From a bacterium (lineage in GTDB: Bacteria; Patescibacteriota; Minisyncoccia; Phycocordibacterales; VMGT01): a stretch of DNA of 64,000 nt. A program made the position numbers and the translations under genes. This document shows positions 20,249 to 31,387 of the stretch, one piece after another; the first letter of the stretch is position 1; every line of letters starts with the position of its first letter. The stretch lies in contig JAUYPI010000006.1 in the NCBI GenBank assembly GCA_030697645.1, forward strand, positions 12,017 through 76,016. The letters are read 5' to 3'. Under the pieces are notes generated by a model. The model worked only from the letters and a program-made list of their open reading frames with translations, was not told where the DNA came from and ran no database searches.

Positions 20249-21553
20249 ATGGTAATGTCCTCGGAGCGTCATGGACAGCACAAGGGGCGACTTATGGGCA
20301 AGCCCGTGCTGATCGGTGCTGCCCGAGCGCACCGAAGCGGCAGCGTCCGCTATCTTAAAAACGGCACCGCATGTATCAAAATTCCTGACATAAGCGAGAT
20401 ACGCATTCCACGTGCGCGGCAATTTGATCTCACCGAGGCTACGATCTTCGGGCTTAACGAACGTTTGACTTCTACTGCCGCTTCACCAATTGTTGGTGCT
20501 CGGGGCAGGATGCAGAAAACGCTTCGCGACGTGTTCAACGCCGAGTGGCAGAGGTATGCGAGAGCCTTGGAGCGCGCCGAGGACGCCGGTTCTTTTAACT
20601 ACGGCATCTATGCTCTGTATCGAGGCGAACAGACCCTTGTGCGTTACGCGTCGCCCAAGTGGCACCGGATCGTTGCTATCGCCAGCAGCTCCACGCTGCT
20701 CACCGATCCTCGGCGAGAACTCAGCTGGCAGGAGGTACAGTCGTGTTTCGCGAAGACAACGATCGCGGTTGCAGGCGGGAGCGTCGGTGGTAATGTGCTC
20801 CACTGTGCGGTGATGGACATGCGTCCGGCCGCGGTTAAAATCGCGGACAAAAGCGTGTATAAAATGGAAAATATTAATCGCGTACGGCTTCGCTACGATG
20901 AACTTGTTTCGTCAAATGAACACCGCTCCTCTCTTGCCGAGACGCTCCTGCGCAACAAGGCAGAAGTATTGGCGACGCAACTCTACGCGATAGATCCGTT
21001 TTTGAGAGCGTATGTGTATGCAGAGGGCATTACGCACGAGACACTTGGGCCGTTTCTCGACGGTACCGGCCGAGAACCCGCAGTGGATATCATCGTCGAG
21101 GAAGTAGATGACCCTCGTACCAAAATCTTACTCCGCGAAGCCGCGCGCGAGCGGCGCTTGCCGCTCATCATGGTCTCTGACTTTGGGTCCGCGGTGCAAC
21201 TCGATGTCTCGCGATATGACCTCAACCCATCGGCACCGCTCGCGTACGGTACGGAAGATGCGCTCCTTCGTACGCGCACTGATGCATTGTATGAACGAGT
21301 CGGTGACCGCGACGCTTTTTTTGATTTTGTCGATGCGCTCGCCGGCACCGACTATCGCACTGGTGAGCTCGCGGCGATTCTTCGAGGCTCGTGCGAAATC
21401 CCTACTTCCACCATCATACCGCAACTCGGCTCAACCGCCGCGATGGCAGGCGCCATCGCGGCGGAAACCATAGCGCGTGTACGCCTAGGACATCGCTATC
21501 CATCGCGCGTCGTTATGAATAAGCACACATGTGCCGTGAAGCGATATGAGTGA
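20249..21553 (+). CDS. ThiF/MoeB/HesA-family E1-like adenylyltransferase with ~170-aa unknown N-terminal domain
   Basis: Rossmann motif TIAVAGGSVGGNVLHCAV..IADKSVYKMENINR and DIIVEEVDDPRTKILLREAARERRLPLIMVSDFG match the ThiF nucleotide-binding core. Confidence 0.65.
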   Translation: MVMSSERHGQHKGRLMGKPVLIGAARAHRSGSVRYLKNGTACIKIPDISEIRIPRARQFDLTEATIFGLNERLTSTAASPIVGARGRMQKTLRDVFNAEWQRYARALERAEDAGSFNYGIYALYRGEQTLVRYASPKWHRIVAIASSSTLLTDPRRELSWQEVQSCFAKTTIAVAGGSVGGNVLHCAVMDMRPAAVKIADKSVYKMENINRVRLRYDELVSSNEHRSSLAETLLRNKAEVLATQLYAIDPFLRAYVYAEGITHETLGPFLDGTGREPAVDIIVEEVDDPRTKILLREAARERRLPLIMVSDFGSAVQLDVSRYDLNPSAPLAYGTEDALLRTRTDALYERVGDRDAFFDFVDALAGTDYRTGELAAILRGSCEIPTSTIIPQLGSTAAMAGAIAAETIARVRLGHRYPSRVVMNKHTCAVKRYE

Positions 21554-21556
21554 CCG

Positions 21557-22732
21557 TCACGGAGATGGCTCGTGTGTGAGGACAAGTTCCTCAAGCGGCA
21601 CCCGCGGCGCTCTCGGACGCAGTGCATGCGCCGGGTTGCGCAGGTAACCGGCACGAAACAACGCCGCAATGGGACGAAGCGTGCCAAGAGTGAGTGCAAA
21701 CATTTTATTGACGAGGGCGACTTCGACAAGCGCGGCATGAACCGCAACCGCAATGTCGGCGCTCGTGAGCTCGAGGAGGATGCGCTCGAGCATGCGGCCG
21801 GCAGCAAGCCAGTGGGCGACGTCGTTTTTTTTAATCGTGAGGATACCTATGAGCGGGGAGCTTTCAATCCCTGCTTTACCACCGAGCGCAAACCGGAGCA
21901 TATCGTCTGGCCTGAGCGCGCCCTCTCCGACAAGGCCGTCGTGGATACGTATCGCCTGCGTATCACTGAGGCCGAACCCTATTCCCGGCATGCCACGTCC
22001 TGCGTCGGTGTCGTTGTGGAGTAGCCAGTGACCGAGCTCGCGGCTAAAGCGTGGTGAGTTGAGGACGAAATTGTCAGCTTGCGCTTGAAATTCTGCAATC
22101 GCGCGCCGTCTGACGCCATCGGTGATGAGATGAATCTTCACGCCACTCTCGTGCATCGCGAGAATTTTTTTCATGAGCGCGTGCGGCATGTGTTTTTCTG
22201 GCAGAAATTCAGCCCGCGTCATTTTGCGTGTAAAAAGGGCTCGCATGAGAGCGTGTGCGCCTCGAGCATCCCGAAGCCCTGCATGCGCCGGCTCGTCAAA
22301 TAATATTTCGGCAAGGGGCACGTACCTCTGTTCACTCCGGGCAAGAGCGGGTTTGACCTCGGATAGAGCGGCGTTGCGTAGTCGTGCCGCTCGCGTGAGA
22401 CCGTAGTAGCTCGCCGCAATGAGAGCGTTCTCCACTGCCGCACCGATGCTGATAACCGACTGTCTGCCCGTCGGGTCAGATGCGGGAAGCACAAACCTGC
22501 GGTCGAGAAAAAACTGCAAGGCTGGATTTCGTTCTCTAGTTCTAAGAACGAATGCCCATGGTTGCGTGTTGTGTGTGCTCGGGGCACGCGAGGCGCAGCA
22601 GGCAAGATATCGCAGACGCCGCTCCGGCGTAAGCGCTCCAAATGCCTCGTATGAGAGCATCGTCTCGCACACTACCTTTTCCTGTACACGCTCACGCATA
22701 GGGGGCGACGCATTGAAGCCAGTATAGTACAC
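21557..22732 (-). CDS. Two-domain nitroreductase-fold FMN protein (Acg/SagB-like superfamily)
   Basis: 391 aa. ASRAPSTHNTQPWAFVL is the nitroreductase signature. The length implies a duplicated or extended fold. Confidence 0.6.
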   Translation of the reverse strand: MYYTGFNASPPMRERVQEKVVCETMLSYEAFGALTPERRLRYLACCASRAPSTHNTQPWAFVLRTRERNPALQFFLDRRFVLPASDPTGRQSVISIGAAVENALIAASYYGLTRAARLRNAALSEVKPALARSEQRYVPLAEILFDEPAHAGLRDARGAHALMRALFTRKMTRAEFLPEKHMPHALMKKILAMHESGVKIHLITDGVRRRAIAEFQAQADNFVLNSPRFSRELGHWLLHNDTDAGRGMPGIGFGLSDTQAIRIHDGLVGEGALRPDDMLRFALGGKAGIESSPLIGILTIKKNDVAHWLAAGRMLERILLELTSADIAVAVHAALVEVALVNKMFALTLGTLRPIAALFRAGYLRNPAHALRPRAPRVPLEELVLTHEPSP

Positions 22733-22968
22733 TATCGGTATGCAATATTATACTATAATCACAAGCGAGCGGAAAGCGAAAAGAGGTCTTTTCATTTTCC
22801 GCCAGCGCCGTGATTATATTCAAGCGAGCGAGCGACATGCGAGAGAGTATGCCCTCTCGCATGTCCGAGCGAGCGCAGAATATATGGCACGTATGCCATA
22901 TATACCCAAAAACATTCGCAAACCTGCTGCTTTTGGGTATATAACCAGAGCGTAACACCACGAAATGT

Positions 22969-24597
22969 ATGGAGTCACTTTCTACTGAGCTTCTTCTTGG
23001 CGCGCTCGCATTTAGCACCGCTGGCCTTCTCGGACTTGTTGTATTTTTGCGGGACAGAAAGAGCGCGACCCACCAACTATTCTTCGTGCTTGCCGTTTTG
23101 ATCGAAGCGTATATCGTCGTTAACTTTGTCTCGCTGCACCCGCCACGCACCACACCGGAGAGCCAGCTCTTCTGGATCCGGATGGTCATGTTCGTCGTGT
23201 CATATATCGGACCGACGCTCCTTTTGCTCGTCACGACGTTCCCCGCGAAGCGAATTCGTCTCTCGTGGCGCTTGCTCGTGCCAGTGGGTATGCTCATGGT
23301 CGCTTCCGCCGCCGCCTCTCTTTTGCCGTTCGTGTTTTCGTCAATCCACTATCCGGAAGGTGAGCCGATCCCCATTCCCGGCCCCGGCATATTTGTCTTT
23401 GCGGCAGACTTCGTCGGCCTTTTTATTCTCAGCTTTGTCGTTCTATTGGTTCGTTATCGCCGTGCAGTGGGACCAGAACGCTCCATGCTCAACTACCTCT
23501 TCTGGGGTGTAGTAGTGTCGTTCTCGCTCATGGCGATTTTCGCGTTTCTATTCGTTGTCGTCATCAAAACATCAGCGTTCGTCTTCCTCGGCCCTATTTT
23601 CCCGGTGATCCTTATGGCATCGATCGCTTATGCGATCGTTCGGCATAGGATGTTTAACATTCGTCTTATTGCTACTGAAGCGCTTGTCGTCTCCATCCTC
23701 ATCTTTCTCTTCGTGCGTTTATTTACTCGCCTCTCTACAACAGACATCGTCATCGACGCTACTATCTTTGTTCTCTCTGCGGTGTTCGGGGTGCTTGTGA
23801 TCCGTGGCGTCCACAGAGAAGCAGCGGCACGCGAGCGGATACAAAAACTTGCTGACGATCTCAGAGCGGCGAACGTTCGCCTCCAAGAGCTCGACCAGCT
23901 CAAATCCGAGTTTCTCTCACTTGCCTCGCACCAGATTAGGACGCCGATCTCAGTGATCAAAGGCTATGCATCCCTTCTTCTTGAAGGATCGATCGGGCCA
24001 CTCACTGAGCAGGTGCACGAGGCGGTGGATCGTATTTTTCGTTCAGGCAACGCGCTCGCGCTCATTGTAGACGACTTTTTGAACATATCACGCATCGAAC
24101 AGGGGCAGCTGAAGTATGATTTCGTCGAGATTGATCTTTCAGCCCTTCTGTCCCGCCTCGTCGAGGAGCAACGTTCGGTGTCTGAGAAGATAGGACTCAC
24201 ACTCGACCTCCACATGCAAACGGGGGAACCCGTCACCATACAGGGGGACGAAGGAAAAATTCGTCAGGTTGTCGCGAACCTCATCGACAATGCGATTAAG
24301 TACACGCCGCATGGGGGCATCACTGTGACGCTCGGAGGGCATGCTGAGGAGGGGTGCGTACACCTCTCGGTTTCTGACACCGGCATCGGCATAGCAAAAG
24401 AGACGATCCCAACGCTGTTCACCAAATTCGGCCGTGCAAAGAATGCGAGCGCACATAATGTCTCCGGCACTGGCCTCGGCCTCTACCTTGCAAGACAAAT
24501 TGTCCAGGCGCACGGCGGTAAAATTTGGGCCGAGTCCGAAGGGGAAGGGAAAGGCACAACCTTACATCTCGAGCTCCGCAAGCGGCTCCTATCGTAG
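22969..24597 (+). CDS. Membrane sensor histidine kinase
   Basis: 542 aa. About 7 N-terminal TM helices, HisKA H-box SLASHQIRTPISVIKGY, HATPase_c N/G boxes (NLIDNAIKYTP, DTGIGI, GTGLGLYLAR). Confidence 0.85.
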   Translation: MESLSTELLLGALAFSTAGLLGLVVFLRDRKSATHQLFFVLAVLIEAYIVVNFVSLHPPRTTPESQLFWIRMVMFVVSYIGPTLLLLVTTFPAKRIRLSWRLLVPVGMLMVASAAASLLPFVFSSIHYPEGEPIPIPGPGIFVFAADFVGLFILSFVVLLVRYRRAVGPERSMLNYLFWGVVVSFSLMAIFAFLFVVVIKTSAFVFLGPIFPVILMASIAYAIVRHRMFNIRLIATEALVVSILIFLFVRLFTRLSTTDIVIDATIFVLSAVFGVLVIRGVHREAAARERIQKLADDLRAANVRLQELDQLKSEFLSLASHQIRTPISVIKGYASLLLEGSIGPLTEQVHEAVDRIFRSGNALALIVDDFLNISRIEQGQLKYDFVEIDLSALLSRLVEEQRSVSEKIGLTLDLHMQTGEPVTIQGDEGKIRQVVANLIDNAIKYTPHGGITVTLGGHAEEGCVHLSVSDTGIGIAKETIPTLFTKFGRAKNASAHNVSGTGLGLYLARQIVQAHGGKIWAESEGEGKGTTLHLELRKRLLS

Positions 24598-24719
24598 AAG
24601 TTGGACGTTGGACGGTCGCTTTGCGACGCCCTCGAAAAACATCTGGTATCAAAGCGTGGGGCCTGATATCCCACGTTTTGCTTTCGCGCTTCGTCTGCTT
24701 TTTTGCTATGCTGTAGCTC

Positions 24720-25715
24720 ATGACAGCGGACGGGCAAAAAACGCTCCTCTCCGGCGTGAAGCCGACGGGAAGGCCGCACATTGGCAACTACTTTGGCGCG
24801 ATGAGGCAGTTCGTCGAGCTCTCGCGGCAGCACGGCGGCGGATTTTTCATGATCGCCGATTATCATGCGCTCACTACTCTCTACGACCCGCGCTCTCTTG
24901 CCGAGAACACGATCGGCGTTGCACTCGACTACCTCGCGATCGGGCTTGATCCGGAGCGCGCCGTGATTTTTAAACAGTCGGACGTGCAAGCGCATACCGA
25001 GCTTGCATGGATCTTTGATTGCATTACGACGATGCCCTACCTCATGCGCGCGCACGCGTTCAAGGATGCCGAGGCGAAAAATAAAGAGATCAGCGTCGGC
25101 ACGTTCAATTACCCGATGCTCATGGCCGCGGACATCCTGCTCTACAGCCCCGACATCGTGCCGGTCGGGGACGACCAGAAACAGCATCTCGAGATTGCGC
25201 GCGACACGGCAGCAAAATTCAACGGCATTTTTGGCGAGACCTTCAAGCTGCCAGAGCCGCACATACTCGAGCATGTCGGCACCGTCCCCGGGCTCGACGG
25301 CCGCAAGATGAGCAAGAGCTACAAAAACACCATCCCGCTCTTTGCAGAAGATGAAGAAATTGCGCAGCTTGTAATGAATATCGTGACGGATTCCCGAGCC
25401 AAAGGCGAGCCACTTGATCCGCACACTGATACTGTTTTTGCGCTCCACTCTCTTTTTGCGAACGAAACGGAACTCGCTCGGCTTGCCGAGAGATATCGAA
25501 GCGGCAGCATCGGCTACAGAGAATCAAAGGAGCTCCTCGTCGAGCGCCTGAAGACATTTGCCGCACCCCTGCGCGAAAAACGCAGAAACATGGCGAGCGA
25601 TAGAGCGCGTGTACTCGATGTGCTCGAGGAAGGCGCAAGAAAAGCTCTGGCGAGGGCGGGCGCGACAATGGCAGACGTGCGCCGAAAAATCGGCGTATGC
25701 TCATACCCGGGGTAG
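24720..25715 (+). CDS. trpS: Tryptophanyl-tRNA synthetase
   Basis: 331 aa. SGVKPTGRPHIGNYFGA (HIGH-type) and KMSKS. Confidence 0.9.
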   Translation: MTADGQKTLLSGVKPTGRPHIGNYFGAMRQFVELSRQHGGGFFMIADYHALTTLYDPRSLAENTIGVALDYLAIGLDPERAVIFKQSDVQAHTELAWIFDCITTMPYLMRAHAFKDAEAKNKEISVGTFNYPMLMAADILLYSPDIVPVGDDQKQHLEIARDTAAKFNGIFGETFKLPEPHILEHVGTVPGLDGRKMSKSYKNTIPLFAEDEEIAQLVMNIVTDSRAKGEPLDPHTDTVFALHSLFANETELARLAERYRSGSIGYRESKELLVERLKTFAAPLREKRRNMASDRARVLDVLEEGARKALARAGATMADVRRKIGVCSYPG

Positions 25716-25733
25716 TCCCCTGAATCGGAACGA

Positions 25734-25879
25734 GTAATCACTCACACCCGTCATTGCGAGCGGAGCGAAGTAATCCAGTTGTTGAGCCGTAATTCTGGAT
25801 TGCCTCGTCGCTCCACTCCGTTCCGCTTCTCGCAATGACGGCTGTGTTGTGCAGCTTTGTGATAGGTGTGAGTGATTAC
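25734..25879. repeat. Nested palindrome: outer GTAATCACTCACACC/GGTGTGAGTGATTAC enclosing GTCATTGCGAG...CTCGCAATGAC element (copy 2)
   Basis: Outer arms at 25734-25748 and 25865-25879. Inner arms at 25750-25760 and 25829-25839. Lies just 3' of trpS and probably also acts as a terminator hairpin. Confidence 0.65.
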
Positions 25880-25936
25880 CGGAACGAATGTTGACGACCG
25901 TATGTCGTGCGTTGTATAGTAGTAGAGTATACGCCC

Positions 25937-26254
25937 ATGTCTACGTTAACGATTACTTTACCTCAGAGGAAGATGCGACAAGTGGAGCAACGCGCTCGCG
26001 CGGCGGGTTTTCGCGCTCCTGGCACATGGGCGCGCAGTATCATCGAAACCGAAGTGGCGCGCGATGAAGATGACGAGGAGATCACTGAAGATACTATTTT
26101 ACGGTGGTCGAGGGAGGCAAAGGTGCTGAAACGAGCAGGCAAACTTCCCATTTTGCGTTCATTGGCCGACCTCCGTTCTACTCGACGTGGTTTTTCGGGG
26201 CGACCAAATACTGCGAAGCGGTCAGGCCGCTCGCTCACCGTGGGCGCGCGATAA
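25937..26254 (+). CDS. Hypothetical protein, possible ribbon-helix-helix (CopG-like) N-terminus
   Basis: MSTLTITLPQRKMRQVEQRARAAGFRAPGTWARSII resembles an RHH strand-helix-helix. ATG 25937 is preceded by TATAGT. Confidence 0.35.
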   Translation: MSTLTITLPQRKMRQVEQRARAAGFRAPGTWARSIIETEVARDEDDEEITEDTILRWSREAKVLKRAGKLPILRSLADLRSTRRGFSGRPNTAKRSGRSLTVGAR

Positions 26255-26351
26255 GAACCGTGCATAGAGGCGGGCATTGTCTCTCGTCTCTTTTTTGCGT
26301 CGTCTGTTTTCGTCTCTAAAAGCTAAAAGCTATCAGCTAACAGCTTGTACT

Positions 26352-28487
<2,136 letters not shown>

Positions 28488-28625
28488 GCATGCTAGTCTG
28501 CAAGAGGTGCCCGTACGATCGGTATTCTGTACCCGCTTATTGGAATATTTACAATCGTCTGGCTGATTTTGTTTACTGCCTCTCTCTATCCGAGATAGAT
28601 TCTCACCTCAAGGAAGGAGGAAGAC

Positions 28626-28823
28626 GTGAAGAAGTTATGGAAAATAATTCGCGGCACCGAAGATCCGGTAAGTTTTGGTATCGAAATGAGTGGGATCGTT
28701 CCTTCTTTGCTTATCGGAGTAGTTCTCGTTATCTTTGCACGGGGTGAGTGGAAGTGGATTGGAGCGTTTTCTCTACTCGTTGCCCTTGCTTTCTTTGTGT
28801 CACCCCGCGTCTGGATAAAGTGA
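28626..28823 (+). CDS. Small two-TM membrane protein (hypothetical)
   Basis: 65 aa. GTG start preceded by a strong SD (aaggaaggaggaagac). Two hydrophobic helices. Confidence 0.35.
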   Translation: MKKLWKIIRGTEDPVSFGIEMSGIVPSLLIGVVLVIFARGEWKWIGAFSLLVALAFFVSPRVWIK

Positions 28824-28896
28824 CCACACTCATCGTCCCGCTTAGTAAGCATTGCGCTGAACGGCGGGGCGTTTTTTTTGTATATACGTACAGATA

Positions 28897-28937
28897 CGAA
28901 ACTACTTTGAGAAGTTGGACTTCTCAAAGTAGTTTCG
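28897..28937. repeat. Perfect 19-bp hairpin with TGG triloop
   Basis: CGAAACTACTTTGAGAAGT tgg ACTTCTCAAAGTAGTTTCG. Verified base by base. Confidence 0.85.
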
Positions 28938-28990
28938 TCGGTGTTTTTATGTGCGTGGTTTTTGAGATATGGGTTAAAAAACAGCGCGGC

Positions 28991-29037
28991 CAAAAAAGAA
29001 CGCCCCACGCATGATATACATGGGGCGTTTTTTTTTG
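28991..29037. terminator. Bidirectional rho-independent terminator
   Basis: aaaaaagAACGCCCCA-13 nt-TGGGGCGTTttttttt. A-run before and T-run after the stem. Confidence 0.6.
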
Positions 29038-29122
29038 TGAAATTGGATCTCCTATTGATCTTCTGAAGGCCGTGGCCTCTGCTGGATGATTTTTTTGTGT
29101 GCGGGGCATATCTGATGCGAAT

Positions 29123-29497
29123 TCACGCTATGCCCAAAGCGATGTTAAGGCGGCGATGAGCACGAGCGATGGCAAGACGTGCTCTCCGTTCTTTTTGGCG
29201 ACATCTGTGACAAACAGGTTCGTTTTCAATGCGCATACTGACCAGTTCGACTTTTTTGCATCTGTAACACCGCTCATGAACGGAAGAGTCATAGTAGCGA
29301 GCGTTGCTATAGCAGTTTTCGCAAATTGGCTCCCTGTCTTCGGTGCGTACTTTGACTGATTTCACCCGCCCGCACACGGAACATTTTTCGTGTGTAGCAG
29401 GATCTTTCTTCCGACACTCCTGGCAACGCAACTTTCCGGATTTACGATTTAGCTGGACTCTTTTTTCTTCTCCGCATACACTGCATATTCCCTGCAT
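29123..29497 (-). CDS. Cys-rich repeated zinc-ribbon protein (hypothetical)
   Basis: Four to five CxxC...CxxC pairs (CSVCG..CQEC, CSVCG..CENC, CYRC..CHRC). ATG 29497 is preceded by GAGGAGG. Confidence 0.55.
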   Translation of the reverse strand: MQGICSVCGEEKRVQLNRKSGKLRCQECRKKDPATHEKCSVCGRVKSVKVRTEDREPICENCYSNARYYDSSVHERCYRCKKVELVSMRIENEPVCHRCRQKERRARLAIARAHRRLNIALGIA

Positions 29498-29776
29498 CGC
29501 CACCTCCTCGTTTATGAACAGGGTGAGATAATCGAAATTCTATTTCTTTCTTACCACAGGTGTCTTACAGGAGTCAACCGCGCCTCCCGTAATTTTTTCC
29601 CTATTCCTAATTTTTGGAGTTCAGATTTCCTAAACTCTGTCCGACATCCGATGTCGGAGTCGGACAGGAGATCCTATCATTCCCTCCCCGTGGCCTTTTG
29701 GCGTGGAGTGCACACGGGTACCTTTCTCTGGCGTATACCGAATGCATCAAGGCGATGGATTTAGTATAGTATACGT

Positions 29777-29986
29777 ATGGAAACAAACGACGTCATACAG
29801 AAACTCGAGGCTCACGAAAAAAAGCTTGACGCGATATTTCGGTCTACGGAAAAAACGCGCAGGTATATATTCTGGACTATGATTGGCAGCATCGTTGTAT
29901 TCGTACTGCCCCTCATCGGTCTCTTATTCGTGGTGCCTTATTTTTTGAGCGTGTATTCCTCAATGTATCAGGGATTGGGGCTCTGA
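29777..29986 (+). CDS. Small membrane protein (hypothetical)
   Basis: 69 aa. Amphipathic N-terminus, then a long hydrophobic segment IFWTMIGSIVVFVLPLIGLLFVVPYFL. Confidence 0.4.
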   Translation: METNDVIQKLEAHEKKLDAIFRSTEKTRRYIFWTMIGSIVVFVLPLIGLLFVVPYFLSVYSSMYQGLGL

Positions 29987-29993
29987 TACATTC

Positions 29994-31121
29994 CTATCGT
30001 GGAGAAGATGCAGGATTCGTCTGGCGGAGCGGGATCGTGAATCGTATGGTAGTGCCTTCGTTTTCAGCGCTGGTGAAATCCATCTTACCGCCGTGGTTTT
30101 CGACGATATTTTTCGCCATGTAGAGGCCGAGGCCGGTGCCGGCGGTAGCATAGAGTTTAGCATTTCTGGCGCGGAAGAATTGATCGAAGACCTGGCGCTG
30201 TTGCTCCTTCGGGATGCCAATGCCGGTGTCTGCGACGCTGACCTCGATGTCTCGCGCCTTCTTTCGTACGGTGAGCGCGACCGCACCTCCTTCAGGCGTA
30301 TATTTGATCGCGTTGTTGATAAGGTTGTCAATAACGATGCCGACTTTTTCTGCGTCGATCGAAATTGAGGGCAGCACGGAGGGCAGAGAGATTGAGAAAG
30401 CGACTCGCTTACGCTTGGCAACAGGACGCGTTGCGTTAACGACCTTTTCAATAATCGGCAGGAAATCCTGTTCCACCGGCACGAAGCCAAAGCGTCCTTC
30501 CTCGATGCGCGCAGTGTCGAGGAGGTCGCTAATGAGCTCTGTCGCAGTGACTGTCACCCCGAGGCTCTCATTGAGTATTTTGAGCTGTTCCTCACTGAGC
30601 GGCCCGAGTTCGCCGTCAACAAGCGACTGGAGCGACCAACGCACGCCTGTGAGAGGTGTCCGGAGCTGGTGCGCCGCGACTGAGACGAATTCTGATTTGA
30701 CGAGATCAAGGCCTTCGAGGCGCGTGTTCGCGCTCGAGAGCTCGATATCACGGCGCACGAGCACCTTGCCGACCTCGCTGAATTCACCCGCGACGCGGGA
30801 ATACTCATCGTTCGCCCGGGAGGACTCTCGGTCTTTGCGCACGAGAAGCCGTGCGCTATCGGTGTTCTCGTGAAGCCATACTTCGAGCTCTTGGTTGTGT
30901 TTGCTGAGCGTGCGCACGGCGCTGAACGCTGCCGTCGCCGCCCCCGCTGCAGTGAGGGCGGTGAGAGCGCCCCAGAGCACGCGGTTAAGCAGGCCTGCCG
31001 TTAAAATCGCGGCCGCAGTCACGAGCGGCGAGAGAAGGAGCGCGAGGGTAAGGCGGAGGCGGGGGGAGAGAGTAAAGATATTGCCGGCATGTTTGGGAAA
31101 GTGCATGGGAGTAAAATGCAA
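29994..31121 (-). CDS. Sensor histidine kinase
   Basis: 375 aa. Two N-terminal TM helices, coiled coil, H-box VSVAAHQLRTPLTGV, HATPase_c (NLINNAIKYTP, DTGIGI, GTGLGLYMAK). Confidence 0.85.
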   Translation of the reverse strand: MHFTPMHFPKHAGNIFTLSPRLRLTLALLLSPLVTAAAILTAGLLNRVLWGALTALTAAGAATAAFSAVRTLSKHNQELEVWLHENTDSARLLVRKDRESSRANDEYSRVAGEFSEVGKVLVRRDIELSSANTRLEGLDLVKSEFVSVAAHQLRTPLTGVRWSLQSLVDGELGPLSEEQLKILNESLGVTVTATELISDLLDTARIEEGRFGFVPVEQDFLPIIEKVVNATRPVAKRKRVAFSISLPSVLPSISIDAEKVGIVIDNLINNAIKYTPEGGAVALTVRKKARDIEVSVADTGIGIPKEQQRQVFDQFFRARNAKLYATAGTGLGLYMAKNIVENHGGKMDFTSAENEGTTIRFTIPLRQTNPASSPR

Positions 31122-31387
31122 AGTTCAAAGCGCAAAACGCAAAACAACAACGCAAAATAACACAGTAAAATTCGAATTTCCAACCAACAAGCTCCAAATC
31201 AAATAAATTCCAAGCTCCAACCAACAAGCTCCAAACAAATTTCAAATTCCAATGCATCAAATCTCAAACACGCACGTCGTGTTTGGAAATTGGATTTTGA
31301 ATATTGGGATTTGTTTGGAAATTGTTTTTTGGAAATTGGAGATTCGTTTTGCTTTTTGCACTGTTGTTTTTCGCTTTACACTTTGCG
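31122..31387. repeat. ~260-bp imperfect palindrome (CCAAATTTC/GCAAAAC word family) filling the HK-FIST spacer
   Basis: Centre aaacacgCACGTCGTGttt near 31268-31286. Outer arms gcaaagttcaaagcgcaaaacgc... and ...gcgaaaaacaacagtgc-type complement (cgctttacactttgc). Confidence 0.7.

Noticed and set aside
29047-29685. Inverted repeats GGATCTCCT / AGGAGATCC flanking the zinc-ribbon gene as IS ends
   Set aside because: Only a 9-bp core matches. There is no transposase and no target-site duplication, so this is compatible with chance.
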